Shown in pieces: positions 46,392 to 55,987 of a DNA stretch of 64,000 nt. Source of the DNA: Minisyncoccota bacterium (GTDB lineage Bacteria > Patescibacteriota > Minisyncoccia > Phycocordibacterales > GWA1-40-21); NCBI GenBank assembly GCA_041659365.1, contig JBAZYH010000002.1:16065-80064 (forward strand), in the 5' to 3' direction. Position 1 is the stretch's first letter, and every line of letters starts with the position of its first letter. The notes below the pieces were generated by a model. It saw only the letters and a program-made list of their open reading frames with translations, did not search any database and was not told where the DNA came from. The position numbers and the translations under genes were made by a program.

Positions 46392-48041
46392 ATGGAAACA
46401 GAAATAAATGGGAGATCTTTTCCCGTTTTGCTTTGTTGTACTGTGCTGCGAATGATTTTTCGTAAGCCAGAAATTGACCCAAGCTTTTTCACCTCGGTGG
46501 CAAACTTGGTTAAGGTAAGGACTGACAGTAAGTTTTATGATGTGTCACCTAAGACTGTTGGATCTATACTGGGTGTTAATGAAAAGGATGGTCCTGGATG
46601 GACAGTTGTTTCTTTTCTGCTTGACGGTGGAAAAGAATACAAGGGCCGTTTTCGTACAGGTGGGGAAATCTCACTCGATAATGGCGCTTGTGACCTAGAG
46701 CCGGCTGAACAAGAACAAAGGTGTTATGCCTTGATCAACTTGGCTGGTCAGCTTGTCGAAGTCTTCGTGCCTTTCCTAGGTGTTGAACCTGGAGATACTC
46801 TCAAGCTCGAAAAAAGTACCATGAAAGTGGTAGCGTTTGAAAAAACGACTCCGTCTGGTGGTATTGCTTTTGTCTCACGTATCATCAGTGATACTGTGGC
46901 AGAAGTTGATTATACCGGTGGACGCAGAACAGTTTTCATAGGTAAATTTGCGGGCAAACTAGAGACAAATGGACGGGTCGTTCTTGATCAAAGTGGAAGT
47001 GTAATTATTGAAAACTTTGGTCTTGATGATGATTCATTCAAGCTCGATGGTGCGACACATGTTTCTTGGAATGACATCAAGGGTCAAGAAGAGGCGATTG
47101 GAGATCTTAAAATGTCTATTGAGCTTCCCCAAAGGAAGCCTGAACATTACAAGTATCTTGGTTTGAAACCTTCTGCCGGTTTTCTCTTGTATGGTCCTCC
47201 TGGGTGTAGTAAGACAATGCTTGCTAAAGCAGTCTATACCTCGGTTATGGAAACCTGCAAAGAGAAAGGGATTGAAAATCCTTCGGGAGGTTTCCTTCTT
47301 GTCAGTGGTCCGGAAATTCTCGACAAGTTTGTCGGAGTTCCGGAAGCACTCATTCGTCATCTTTTTGCCAAAGCCCTAATCTTCTACAAGAGGACAGGGT
47401 TTAAGGCGACGATTGTGATTGATGAGTGTGAAGCAATTCTCGCAAAGAGAGATTCGGGTATCAGCAGTGATGTGCTTCGGACGATTGTCCCTGCCTTCAT
47501 CGCACAAATGCAGGGAGTGAGGGAGTCGGGAGCGATTGTTCTTCTGCTGACCAACAAACCAGAAGTCTTGGATAGTGCAGCAATCCGTGATGGGCGTATT
47601 AACGATTGGATTGAAGTAAAGCGTCCGACGAAGGAAGTTGTCCGAGCAATCTTTCTGAATAACATGAAAGCTGTGCCGATTTCTGAGACCACAAGTCTTG
47701 AGAGATTGGCAGATCTTTGTGCAGAGAAGTTGTTCTCTCCGGAGTTGGTTATCTTTGATATCGTAAGGGCTGGTGGCGAGTCGGTAAAGTTTACCCTGGC
47801 AAACATTGTCAGTGGTGCAATGATACCAGCAATCGTCGAAGCAGCTCAGAAGTTCGCACTCAAGAGGGAACTTCAAAAGTATGAACCTTCTGAAGGTATC
47901 AGAGAGGAAGATGTTATCTTTGCTGTTCAACAAAAGTTTAAAAGGAGTTTCGCTTCTGATCACGAGGAAGCTTTGAGGGATTTTGCAAAAAACTTCAAGG
48001 ATGTCGTCGGGATTCAGAAGCTCAAACAAGCGCAGGTGTAA
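46392..48041 (+). CDS. AAA+ ATPase (classic clade) with an uncharacterised 250-aa N-terminal domain
   Basis: Walker A FLLYGPPGCSKTMLAKAV, Walker B TIVIDECEAI, and a second region of homology LDSAAIRDGRIND. WNDIKGQEEAIGDL resembles the FtsH/CDC48 linker. Confidence 0.8.
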   Translation: METEINGRSFPVLLCCTVLRMIFRKPEIDPSFFTSVANLVKVRTDSKFYDVSPKTVGSILGVNEKDGPGWTVVSFLLDGGKEYKGRFRTGGEISLDNGACDLEPAEQEQRCYALINLAGQLVEVFVPFLGVEPGDTLKLEKSTMKVVAFEKTTPSGGIAFVSRIISDTVAEVDYTGGRRTVFIGKFAGKLETNGRVVLDQSGSVIIENFGLDDDSFKLDGATHVSWNDIKGQEEAIGDLKMSIELPQRKPEHYKYLGLKPSAGFLLYGPPGCSKTMLAKAVYTSVMETCKEKGIENPSGGFLLVSGPEILDKFVGVPEALIRHLFAKALIFYKRTGFKATIVIDECEAILAKRDSGISSDVLRTIVPAFIAQMQGVRESGAIVLLLTNKPEVLDSAAIRDGRINDWIEVKRPTKEVVRAIFLNNMKAVPISETTSLERLADLCAEKLFSPELVIFDIVRAGGESVKFTLANIVSGAMIPAIVEAAQKFALKRELQKYEPSEGIREEDVIFAVQQKFKRSFASDHEEALRDFAKNFKDVVGIQKLKQAQV

Positions 48042-48248
48042 GATATCTGTGCTCTGAAATAAGTCGCATCCGTTCCGAAAGGGCGGGTGCGATTTTCTTT
48101 TATTTTCCTTTTTTACTTATAGACATTTTTTAATATTAATTATCTAATTTATGCTCTTGACAAAATCTTTAATTCGTGTATAGTACTATACAGATGAAGT
48201 CCTTTGAAAACTTCATGTAAAAACTAAGGAAAAAAGAGAAAGGGATTT

Positions 48249-49094
48249 TTGATGAGTATCACCAAAGAGAAAGGTCAGAAAACGCTGGTTAACAGCGAAG
48301 AGGCCGCCTCAAAGGTTGCTCTGTCTGAAACAATTCAGCACCCCATGACAATATGGCCCCCAGCTTTTGGGATAGCTGCAGGTATTGGACTTACCGTTTT
48401 AGGAATGGTGTCTATGCCTGTGGCGATTACTATTGGTTCGGTCTGTGTCCTGGGTGGAGCGACGAATTGGGCTGTCAGATTTTTTGGTGGAAAGGATGCG
48501 TATATTCAAAAATACTACGCGAAACTTCACGAACAATTTGAGAGACTCAAAGAAGAAAAAGTCGTATCACTGGAAAAAGATCTCAAGAGTTTGAAATGTA
48601 GCCAAGGACGTGAGCAAGTCTCAGAGTTTGAGGCGAAGTTTGGAAATCTCGTTGATGTCTTAAAAATGGTTTTGTCCGAAGGCGAGCTAGCTTTTGGGCG
48701 TTACCTCGGTGCTGCAGAAACTGTTTACACGAGTGGAATAGAAACTCTCGTCCGAGTCGTCACAATCCTCACTAGTATCGAAGAGATCGATCGTGTGGAT
48801 TTGGAAGAAAGGATTACTGGACTTAAGTCCATCAAAGAAAAAAGTGGGTCTGAAACCCGCCACATGAATACTTTGCTTGAAAGAGCGAAGCTTTATGATG
48901 ATGGAATGAAAGAGGTTGAAGAACTTCTCGTTTCTAACGAGGAAGCTTTAACTACTCTCGATAAAACAGCCGGTGCTATTGGAAGGATAAAAGTTTGTGG
49001 TACATCAGATGATCTGAGTATGGCTATGGCTGATTTGTTAAGTCTAATAGGTAGGATCACACAGCGTGCCAATGTTGGCACGCTTGAATTGTAA
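48249..49094 (+). CDS. XpaC-like membrane protein (2 TM + coiled coil)
   Basis: Two N-terminal TM helices followed by a long coiled-coil region. Architecture and TelA adjacency mirror the B. subtilis xpaC-yaaN pair. Confidence 0.35.
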   Translation: MMSITKEKGQKTLVNSEEAASKVALSETIQHPMTIWPPAFGIAAGIGLTVLGMVSMPVAITIGSVCVLGGATNWAVRFFGGKDAYIQKYYAKLHEQFERLKEEKVVSLEKDLKSLKCSQGREQVSEFEAKFGNLVDVLKMVLSEGELAFGRYLGAAETVYTSGIETLVRVVTILTSIEEIDRVDLEERITGLKSIKEKSGSETRHMNTLLERAKLYDDGMKEVEELLVSNEEALTTLDKTAGAIGRIKVCGTSDDLSMAMADLLSLIGRITQRANVGTLEL

Positions 49095-49130
49095 ACAAAA
49101 AAACTCATTCTCAAGAAAGGGAAAAAGAGT

Positions 49131-50345
49131 ATGTCTCAACAGGTACAAGAACAAGTGAAACCGCTTCAGGTTCCTCAAGACGATCAGATCAGAAGTGATC
49201 TTGGTTTCGGTGAGGAGGTTCAGCAGACGTTGTCTGTTGATCCGGTAGTTTCGAAAACTGCCGATGATTGGTTGGAGAAAATCCTGTCCCGCGATTTGTC
49301 GAGCCCTGCGATGCAGGAGGAGATTCGTGGTGCAGTGGAAGGTGCGGGTGAAAAAGTCCAGCAGACAATGGCTCGTAAGAGTGGTTTGCTGAAGGGACAG
49401 ATTCGCACGCTCGCTTCCCAGGCTGAGGGTAATCCGGTGGCGAAGTCGCTGATTGACCTCAAGGTTCAGGTTGATAAAATCAACCCGAATAATTTCAAGT
49501 TACTCGCGCCCGGAGGTTTTGGGCGTGCATTTACTTGGATTCCCGGAGTTGGTACCACGATGAACAAGTACTTCACTCAGTGGCAAAGTGCGGGTAGCGT
49601 GATTGATTCGATCGTCATGCAGATCCGTGAAGGCTCGGGTGGGTTACAGCGTGATATCGGAATTCTTCGGAACGATCAGGTCGACATGCGCACGGAGATT
49701 CTCCGTCTGCAAAAGGTCATTCAGATCCTGATGTTGGTCAATGAAAAACTGACGATCAAAGTCGATGCGATGGAGATCGGGAGTGATCAACGGCGGTTCC
49801 TGGAGGAAGAAATTCTTTTCAGTTTGCGCCAGAGGATCGGTGACCTCCAGGAAAGCCTGGCGGTCAACCAGCAGGGTGTCATGGCCTACGAGTTTGTTAT
49901 TCGGACGAACCGTGAGCTCATTCGTGGCGCCAAGCGCTGTGAGAACATTACCGTTCGTGCACTTGAAGTTGCTACTGTCTTGGCTATGGCCTTGGCAAAT
50001 CAACGGATGGTGTTGCGTTCGATTCAGGCCGTCGACGAGACTACCTCGCAACTCATGTTGCAGAATGCAGCTCAGCTCAAGACTCAAGGGACGCAGATTT
50101 TTAAACAGTCTGCTAGTCAGTCGATCAGCATGGATACCTTGAAGAAGGTTTATGCCGACCTCGATTCGGCCTTCGAAGAGATGGCTACATTCAAGCAGAA
50201 AGCTTTGCCCGAAATGGCACAGCGTATGGCTGCGATGAGTGAGATGGCGAAAGGGGCTGAGAAGAAAATCAAGCGCATGGAAGATGGCAATACCGCAAGG
50301 CCGAGTATCGAGTTTGATCTCGAGCCGACCGATGCAGCTGCCTAA
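49131..50345 (+). CDS. TelA-like (toxic anion resistance family) protein
   Basis: About 400 aa, coiled-coil rich, typical TelA/YaaN size and composition. Assigned by recollection of the family; confidence is moderate. Confidence 0.45.
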   Translation: MSQQVQEQVKPLQVPQDDQIRSDLGFGEEVQQTLSVDPVVSKTADDWLEKILSRDLSSPAMQEEIRGAVEGAGEKVQQTMARKSGLLKGQIRTLASQAEGNPVAKSLIDLKVQVDKINPNNFKLLAPGGFGRAFTWIPGVGTTMNKYFTQWQSAGSVIDSIVMQIREGSGGLQRDIGILRNDQVDMRTEILRLQKVIQILMLVNEKLTIKVDAMEIGSDQRRFLEEEILFSLRQRIGDLQESLAVNQQGVMAYEFVIRTNRELIRGAKRCENITVRALEVATVLAMALANQRMVLRSIQAVDETTSQLMLQNAAQLKTQGTQIFKQSASQSISMDTLKKVYADLDSAFEEMATFKQKALPEMAQRMAAMSEMAKGAEKKIKRMEDGNTARPSIEFDLEPTDAAA

Positions 50346-50434
50346 TCCGGCGTTCAAGATTCATGAACTCCCCAGGGGCACAGTGCCCTTGGGGAGATTA
50401 TCACCAAAAAGAAACAAGAAAGAGAGAGCGTTCA

Positions 50435-51499
50435 ATGAAGAAGATCGTGTTTATGTTTTTGGCCGCGTTGGCCATTTGTTTGCCGATGCAGTCGTTTGGC
50501 GCCGAGAAATCGGTGTTGGACAAAGTCTATCGTTACGTCTGGTCTCACTACGTTTTGTGGGAGCCCTGGCAGTATATCGCGGACTCCGGCATCATGAAGA
50601 AGTGGGCCGACAAGTACGGCGTGAAAGTCGAGATCGTTTTGATCAATGACTACGTCCAGTCCATCAACCAGTACACCGCAGGCGAGGTGGTTGGTTGTGC
50701 AATGACGGAAATGGACGCACTTAACATGCCCGCAGCAGGCGGCGTCAAGTCGGACATTCTGGTTGTTGGCGATTATTCAAACGGCAATGACGGCATCGTG
50801 CTGATGAATGGCAAAAGCCTGAAGGATTTAATCGGACGAAACAGTTTGATTGTCCAAGGCTCGGTGTCATCTTACTTACAATCCAGAGGGGTCAAACTCA
50901 TTGGACATAAGGACAGCGAAGTCGTCGAAGTCAACACTTCGGATGCTAACATCGGTGCTGCGTTTGCAAGCTCTGGTTCAAAAGGAGCCTGCGTGACGTG
51001 GAATCCGATCTTGATGCAGGTGCGAAATCTACCGAACGCCACGATGGTGTTCGATTCCTCCAAGATACCTGGTGAAATCCAGGATCTCATGGTTGTACGT
51101 AGCGACGCACCGGATAATGTCAAGAAGGCACTCGTCGGTGCGTGGTATGAAGCAATGACGATCATGTTTGGTCAGGGTAAGCAAACGGATGAGGCAATCG
51201 AAATCATGGCAAAGTCTGCCGGTGGTACTGTTGCGGAGTTCAAGGCACAGCTCAGGACCACATATGTTTACAACAAACCGGCGGATGGAGTTAAGTTCGT
51301 CGAAGATCCGGAAGTCAAGCGGATCATCAAAGAGGTGGCGGAGTTCAGTTTTGATCACGGACTCATGGGACAAAATGTTAGGGCGGCAACCGATGTCGGG
51401 GTTCAGTTCCCGGATGGTACTGTCTATGGCAATCCCAAGAACGTCAAACTCCTTTACCGGAGTGATTACATGAAGCAGGCAGCGGCCGGCGGACTCTGA
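50435..51499 (+). CDS. ABC transporter substrate-binding protein, NitT/TauT (SsuA/NMT1) family
   Basis: Signal peptide MKKIVFMFLAALAICLPMQSFGA, SBP fold. Upstream of the matching permease and ATPase. Confidence 0.65.
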   Translation: MKKIVFMFLAALAICLPMQSFGAEKSVLDKVYRYVWSHYVLWEPWQYIADSGIMKKWADKYGVKVEIVLINDYVQSINQYTAGEVVGCAMTEMDALNMPAAGGVKSDILVVGDYSNGNDGIVLMNGKSLKDLIGRNSLIVQGSVSSYLQSRGVKLIGHKDSEVVEVNTSDANIGAAFASSGSKGACVTWNPILMQVRNLPNATMVFDSSKIPGEIQDLMVVRSDAPDNVKKALVGAWYEAMTIMFGQGKQTDEAIEIMAKSAGGTVAEFKAQLRTTYVYNKPADGVKFVEDPEVKRIIKEVAEFSFDHGLMGQNVRAATDVGVQFPDGTVYGNPKNVKLLYRSDYMKQAAAGGL

Positions 51500-51756
51500 G
51501 AAGAGTCTCGCTGACTGATGCAAAACAACAAACCTCTTCGGAGTCCTTAGGGATTCTGGAGAGGTTTTTTCATGTTCAAAATATGTTAAAAACACATAAA
51601 TACATGAATATATTTTGTAATACTTTTAAGACTCTTTACATATTGACATTTCTATTATTTCATGTATACTTGATAATAGGAAATTGTTAAGGGCAGGGTC
51701 TTCGATCCTGTTTTTTGAAAACTTTGTAACAAACAAAAAAAGAGAAGGAATTCAGA

Positions 51757-52602
51757 ATGAAGAAAATCAATTGCAGGATACCCATTTTTTGGGGTATCCA
51801 TGCGAGTCCTGGAGAGTTTTGGGGGAGGATCTTTGGTCTTATCCCGATCGTACTCTTGCTTGTGACGTATTTTCACTTTTCTCATGATCGTCACGAGACT
51901 AACCCCGACGACAAACTTATGCCGTCGATTAGTCAGATGTATCATGAGGTGGTGAATTATGTCACTGTGCCGGATAAACGTTCTGGCAAGGTTCTGTTTA
52001 TTGAGGACACAAAGGCAAGTCTGACAAGGCTTGGTCTCGGTGTTTCCATTTCGGCGGTGTTTGGTTATGTGCTCGGAATTCTTATGGGGTTATACCCTGG
52101 ATTTCGGTCACTATTTAACACCATTATCACAACACTCTCAAACATTAACCCACTTATGATGCTTGTAATCATCCTCGTGGCACTTGGAATAGGAGAACTA
52201 TCAAAAATCTTTCTCATTGTCTTTGGGATCGGGATACCGCTTACTCGAAGTATTGAGGAGGCAGTTGAAAAGATTCCACAAGAACTGATTGTCAAACAAG
52301 AAACACTCGGGGCATCACAGCTCGGTATAATCTACCGGTTGATAATGCCTCAGATGCTTCCGCGTTTGATTGATCTTGTTCGGATGTCTTTGGGTGCAGC
52401 GTGGATCTTCGTGATTGCTGCAGAAGCGATTGCTTCAACTTCGGGTTTAGGATATCGAGTGTTTCTCCAGCAGAGATACATGAATATGTCCCTGATCATA
52501 CCGATTGTTATCTTCATAACCATAGTTGCTTTTAGTAGCGACTGGATATTAAAGGCAGTACTGAAGTTGCGTCGGTTCAAATGGTATTCGCCTGGTAACT
52601 AA
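51757..52602 (+). CDS. ABC transporter permease, NitT/TauT (SsuC/TauC) family
   Basis: Six TM helices with an EAA-like loop (..EAIASTSGLGYRV..). Confidence 0.8.
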   Translation: MKKINCRIPIFWGIHASPGEFWGRIFGLIPIVLLLVTYFHFSHDRHETNPDDKLMPSISQMYHEVVNYVTVPDKRSGKVLFIEDTKASLTRLGLGVSISAVFGYVLGILMGLYPGFRSLFNTIITTLSNINPLMMLVIILVALGIGELSKIFLIVFGIGIPLTRSIEEAVEKIPQELIVKQETLGASQLGIIYRLIMPQMLPRLIDLVRMSLGAAWIFVIAAEAIASTSGLGYRVFLQQRYMNMSLIIPIVIFITIVAFSSDWILKAVLKLRRFKWYSPGN

Positions 52603-52610
52603 GGAGTTTA

Positions 52611-53549
52611 ATGATGAATGGAAAACTAGAACCTAATGGGAAGGCTATCTGTATCGATAGTGCTTATCATGGCTACGGACCAAAGGTTGTTCTTGGAAAT
52701 GTCGATCTGCAGGTTAAGAGCGGAGAGTTTCTCTGCCTTGTTGGACCTTCAGGTTGCGGAAAGTCGACCTTGCTTCGTCTGATTACCGGACAAGAACGGA
52801 TTCAGAAAGCCAGACGTTTTGACGTCTTGGGACAGAAAGTTGGATTGCCGGATTATCGTCGGGGTGTGGTATTTCAGAATTATAGTTTGGTACCACACCT
52901 TACTGTGCTCGAGAATGTTTTGCTTGGTCTCAAATATCAGGCAAGCTTCCGTAATCTCATTTCTCCGAAGTGGAGGAGTGAGGCGAAGAAGAAAGTCCTC
53001 GAGTATCTTGAGAAAGTACGTTTGTCTGATGCGGCGGACCGGTATCCGAATGAGTTGTCTGGTGGAATGCGTCAGAGGGTATCGATTGCCCAAACGCTGA
53101 TCACTATCGACCTTTTTGGAATGCCGAAGATTCTCTGTATGGATGAGCCGTACGGTGCACTTGACCCGGCGACACGGGAAGAGATGCAGATTTTCATTCT
53201 GGAGCTATGGGAGAAGTATGGTATTACGGTGGTGTTTGTGACTCATGATATCGAGGAGGCAGTCTTTCTCGGTACACGAGTTATTATTTTGTCACAGTAC
53301 TGGAGGTCAGACTTGCCTTTGGAAAAGCAGGCAGGATCACGTATTGTTCATGACATACCTTTGCCGAGGCATGCTCTGTCCACTAAGGTTAAACTTACGA
53401 CAGAGTTTGCGATGACGGTCGCCGAAATAAGGGAAACTGGGTTCAGTGGTACCAAACGTCGGCACGTCAACGAGTTCAATCTCAATCATCCCGATTCGTT
53501 TCAAACTCTTGAAATGGGTGAGAATATGGAGGTTAAGAAAATCGCCTAA
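52611..53549 (+). CDS. ABC transporter ATP-binding protein, NitT/TauT (SsuB/TauB) family
   Basis: GPSGCGKSTLLRLI, LSGGMRQRVSIAQTL, LCMDEPYGALD, and the H-loop VTHD. Confidence 0.85.
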   Translation: MMNGKLEPNGKAICIDSAYHGYGPKVVLGNVDLQVKSGEFLCLVGPSGCGKSTLLRLITGQERIQKARRFDVLGQKVGLPDYRRGVVFQNYSLVPHLTVLENVLLGLKYQASFRNLISPKWRSEAKKKVLEYLEKVRLSDAADRYPNELSGGMRQRVSIAQTLITIDLFGMPKILCMDEPYGALDPATREEMQIFILELWEKYGITVVFVTHDIEEAVFLGTRVIILSQYWRSDLPLEKQAGSRIVHDIPLPRHALSTKVKLTTEFAMTVAEIRETGFSGTKRRHVNEFNLNHPDSFQTLEMGENMEVKKIA

Positions 53550-53581
53550 TTCCTTCGGATGGAACTGTTTGTTGCGAGTAC

Positions 53582-53619
53582 GTCCCCCACTTTAGCGAAA
53601 GCTAAGGTGGGGGATTTTT
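53582..53619. terminator. rho-independent terminator at the right edge of the GC-rich island
   Basis: gtcccccactttagc-gaaa-gctaaggtgggggattttt. Confidence 0.6.
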
Positions 53620-53661
53620 AATATTTATAAAATTATCAATTGGTGCTATATTAGACACATT

Positions 53662-55626
53662 ATGGATATGTTAAAAAATAAACAAAATTTAAATAAAAAA
53701 CCTACAAACGGTAATAAGAAAATACCTGGTTTTGGTGGTGGGCCGATGTCTGTGTTTAGTAAGATATTGAATGCAATTTTAATTATTTTAATAATTTCTA
53801 CTTTGTGGTCAATGATTTTTACAGGTGGTGAGAAAAAAGAACAGATTTCTCTTTCGCAGCTTTCTCAAGATATAACTCTCGGTATTGTAGATAAAGTAGA
53901 GGTAATGGGGGACGATCTTTCCATTACTTATTTTTCTACAAGCACAGAAGCGAGCACAACTCCGCTTATAAAGGAATCAAAGAAAGAGGAGGGGGTTGCT
54001 CTTACTCAAACTTTATCAAATTATCAGGTTCCTCAAGATAAGCTTGCGAAAGTAAATATAGAAATTTTGAGTGATACAGGTTTTAAATATTGGTTTATGA
54101 GCCTTGCACCATTTCTTATACCACTTATTTTTATAGGTATATTTATTTGGATACTCACAAAACAAATGAAAGGTGCTGGGGTTCAAGCTCTTTCTTTCGG
54201 TCAATCAAAAGCTAGAATTATTTTACCAAGTGATAAGAAACAAAGAGTAACTTTTGCAGATGTTGCAGGAGCTAAAGAAGCAAAAGAAGAACTTTCTGAA
54301 GTTGTAGATTTTTTGAAAAATCCTAAAAAATTCTTAGACATAGGAGCGAAGATTCCAAAAGGGCTTCTTCTTATGGGTGCTCCTGGTACAGGAAAAACAT
54401 TACTCGCAAGAGCTGTTGCCGGAGAAGCAGGTGTTGCATTCTTTTCAATCTCTGGTTCAGAGTTTGTTGAGATGTTTGTGGGAGTAGGAGCTTCTCGTGT
54501 CCGTGACCTTTTCCAAATGGCAAAGAGAGCTGCTCCGGCTATTATATTTATAGATGAAATAGATGCAGTGGGCAGAGTAAGAGGTTCAGGAATGGGTGGG
54601 GGAAACGATGAGAGAGAACAAACCTTAAACCAGATACTTGTAGAGATGGATGGTTTCGAACAGAATGAAAAAGTTATAGTTATGGCAGCTACAAACAGAC
54701 CTGATGTTCTAGACTCTGCATTACTTAGACCAGGAAGATTTGATAGAAGAGTTGTTATAGATTTACCAGATAGAAATGATAGAGAGGCAATTTTAAAAGT
54801 TCATTCAAAATCTAAACCTTTTGCTGAGGATGTAAATTTGAGAACTATTGCAGAGAGAACCCCAGGTTTCTCTGGTGCTGACCTTTATTCACTTATGAAT
54901 GAGGCAGCTATACTTGCAGCTCGTGAGACAAGACAAAAAGTTTCTCAGTTTGATCTTATTCGTTCAATAGAAAAAGTTATGATGGGTCCTGAGAGAAAAA
55001 GTCATTTACTTTCTGTAAAAGAAAAAGAGATTACAGCTTATCACGAAGCAGGCCATGCGCTTGTGTCTTCTATACTTCCGTATGCAGATCCAGTACATAA
55101 GATTTCTATTATTTCTCGTGGAAGAGCTGCGGGTTATACTTTACATTTGCCCTTTGAGGATAGAAAAATGCAATCGAAGAAAGAGTTCTTAGATGATATA
55201 GCTATGGCTCTTGGAGGATATGTTGTTGAGAAAATGATTTTTAAAGATCTTACTACTGGTCCTTCAAATGATCTTCAGGTTTCAACTGCACTTGCAAGAG
55301 ATATGGTTACAAAATATGGAATGTCAGAAAAGATGGGACCTGTTGCTCTTGAAGGAGAGGGTGGAAGAGCTTTGTTTGGAAAAGGAGTTGGGGACAAAGA
55401 ATATTCAGATAAAATAAATGCACAGATTGATGAAGAAGTTTCAGAAATTATGAATAGTAATATGAGACGCGCAGAGAAAATAATTACTGAACATAAAGGC
55501 GCACTTGATGCGATAGCAAAGAGACTTATAGAAACAGAAACTATTGAAAGGGAAGAGTTTGAAAAGATACTTGTAGCGAATGGAATAATGCCAAAGAAGA
55601 AGGAGGATATAGAGCACCAGGGATAA
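53662..55626 (+). CDS. ftsH: ATP-dependent zinc metalloprotease FtsH
   Basis: [26 protein letters not shown], two N-terminal TM helices. Confidence 0.9.
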   Translation: MDMLKNKQNLNKKPTNGNKKIPGFGGGPMSVFSKILNAILIILIISTLWSMIFTGGEKKEQISLSQLSQDITLGIVDKVEVMGDDLSITYFSTSTEASTTPLIKESKKEEGVALTQTLSNYQVPQDKLAKVNIEILSDTGFKYWFMSLAPFLIPLIFIGIFIWILTKQMKGAGVQALSFGQSKARIILPSDKKQRVTFADVAGAKEAKEELSEVVDFLKNPKKFLDIGAKIPKGLLLMGAPGTGKTLLARAVAGEAGVAFFSISGSEFVEMFVGVGASRVRDLFQMAKRAAPAIIFIDEIDAVGRVRGSGMGGGNDEREQTLNQILVEMDGFEQNEKVIVMAATNRPDVLDSALLRPGRFDRRVVIDLPDRNDREAILKVHSKSKPFAEDVNLRTIAERTPGFSGADLYSLMNEAAILAARETRQKVSQFDLIRSIEKVMMGPERKSHLLSVKEKEITAYHEAGHALVSSILPYADPVHKISIISRGRAAGYTLHLPFEDRKMQSKKEFLDDIAMALGGYVVEKMIFKDLTTGPSNDLQVSTALARDMVTKYGMSEKMGPVALEGEGGRALFGKGVGDKEYSDKINAQIDEEVSEIMNSNMRRAEKIITEHKGALDAIAKRLIETETIEREEFEKILVANGIMPKKKEDIEHQG

Positions 55627-55812
55627 TAAAATAAAAGAAATTAATTAAAAAACGAGGTGAGACCTTAAATCTTCAAAAAGGTGTCTCCTCGTTTTTTAGT
55701 AGTTATCAAATTTTTTCTTCCTTGGGTCCCACCCCAAGCTCTAAAAAATAAAATTTCAAACTTTGGGGCCCATCCCAAAGTTTGAAATACGACGACAGGA
55801 CCATGAGTACAT

Positions 55813-55938
55813 TTCTCGAAGCTTACAGCTTCAGTACCCCGATTGGAGATTTTGTTTCGTTAATACTCACAAAATCTGCTCAATCGGGCTTCGAGTCCTA
55901 CACGAAAGTGCTACCCAGCACTTTCTCACGCGCACCAT
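55813..55938 (+). other. tRNA-3'-end-mimic element B, convergent with tRNA-Ile
   Basis: ..cttacagcttcagta-[cccgattg..caatcggg stem]-cttcgagtcctacacg-[gaaagtgct-accc-agcactttc]-tcacgcgcacca. The last 9 nt equal the tRNA-Ile 3' end, and the element shares the palindromic terminator 55929-55987 with that tRNA. Confidence 0.45.
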
Positions 55939-55987
55939 AATAAAAAATCCCGAGGACTGTCCTCGGGATTTTTTATTATGGTGCGCG
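55929..55987. terminator. bidirectional palindromic terminator shared by tRNA-Ile and element B
   Basis: cgcgcaccataataaaaaatcccgagg-actgt-cctcgggattttttattatggtgcgcg: a perfect 27-bp inverted repeat. Confidence 0.6.

Noticed and set aside
47376-48029. 217-aa and 140-aa minus-strand ORFs inside the AAA+ ATPase gene
   Set aside because: They are antisense to a gene with clear Walker A/B motifs. High GC produces long spurious ORFs.
49644-50357. 237-aa minus-strand ORF and the 125/136-aa plus-strand alternate-frame ORFs
   Set aside because: They overlap the TelA-like gene and the SBP gene in the GC-rich island. No motifs are present, and they are typical GC-rich shadow ORFs.
55813-55938. A complete plus-strand tRNA ending in CACGCGCACCA
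   Set aside because: No 5' acceptor strand (GCGCGTG) or D or anticodon arms lie upstream. It is only a 3'-end mimic.
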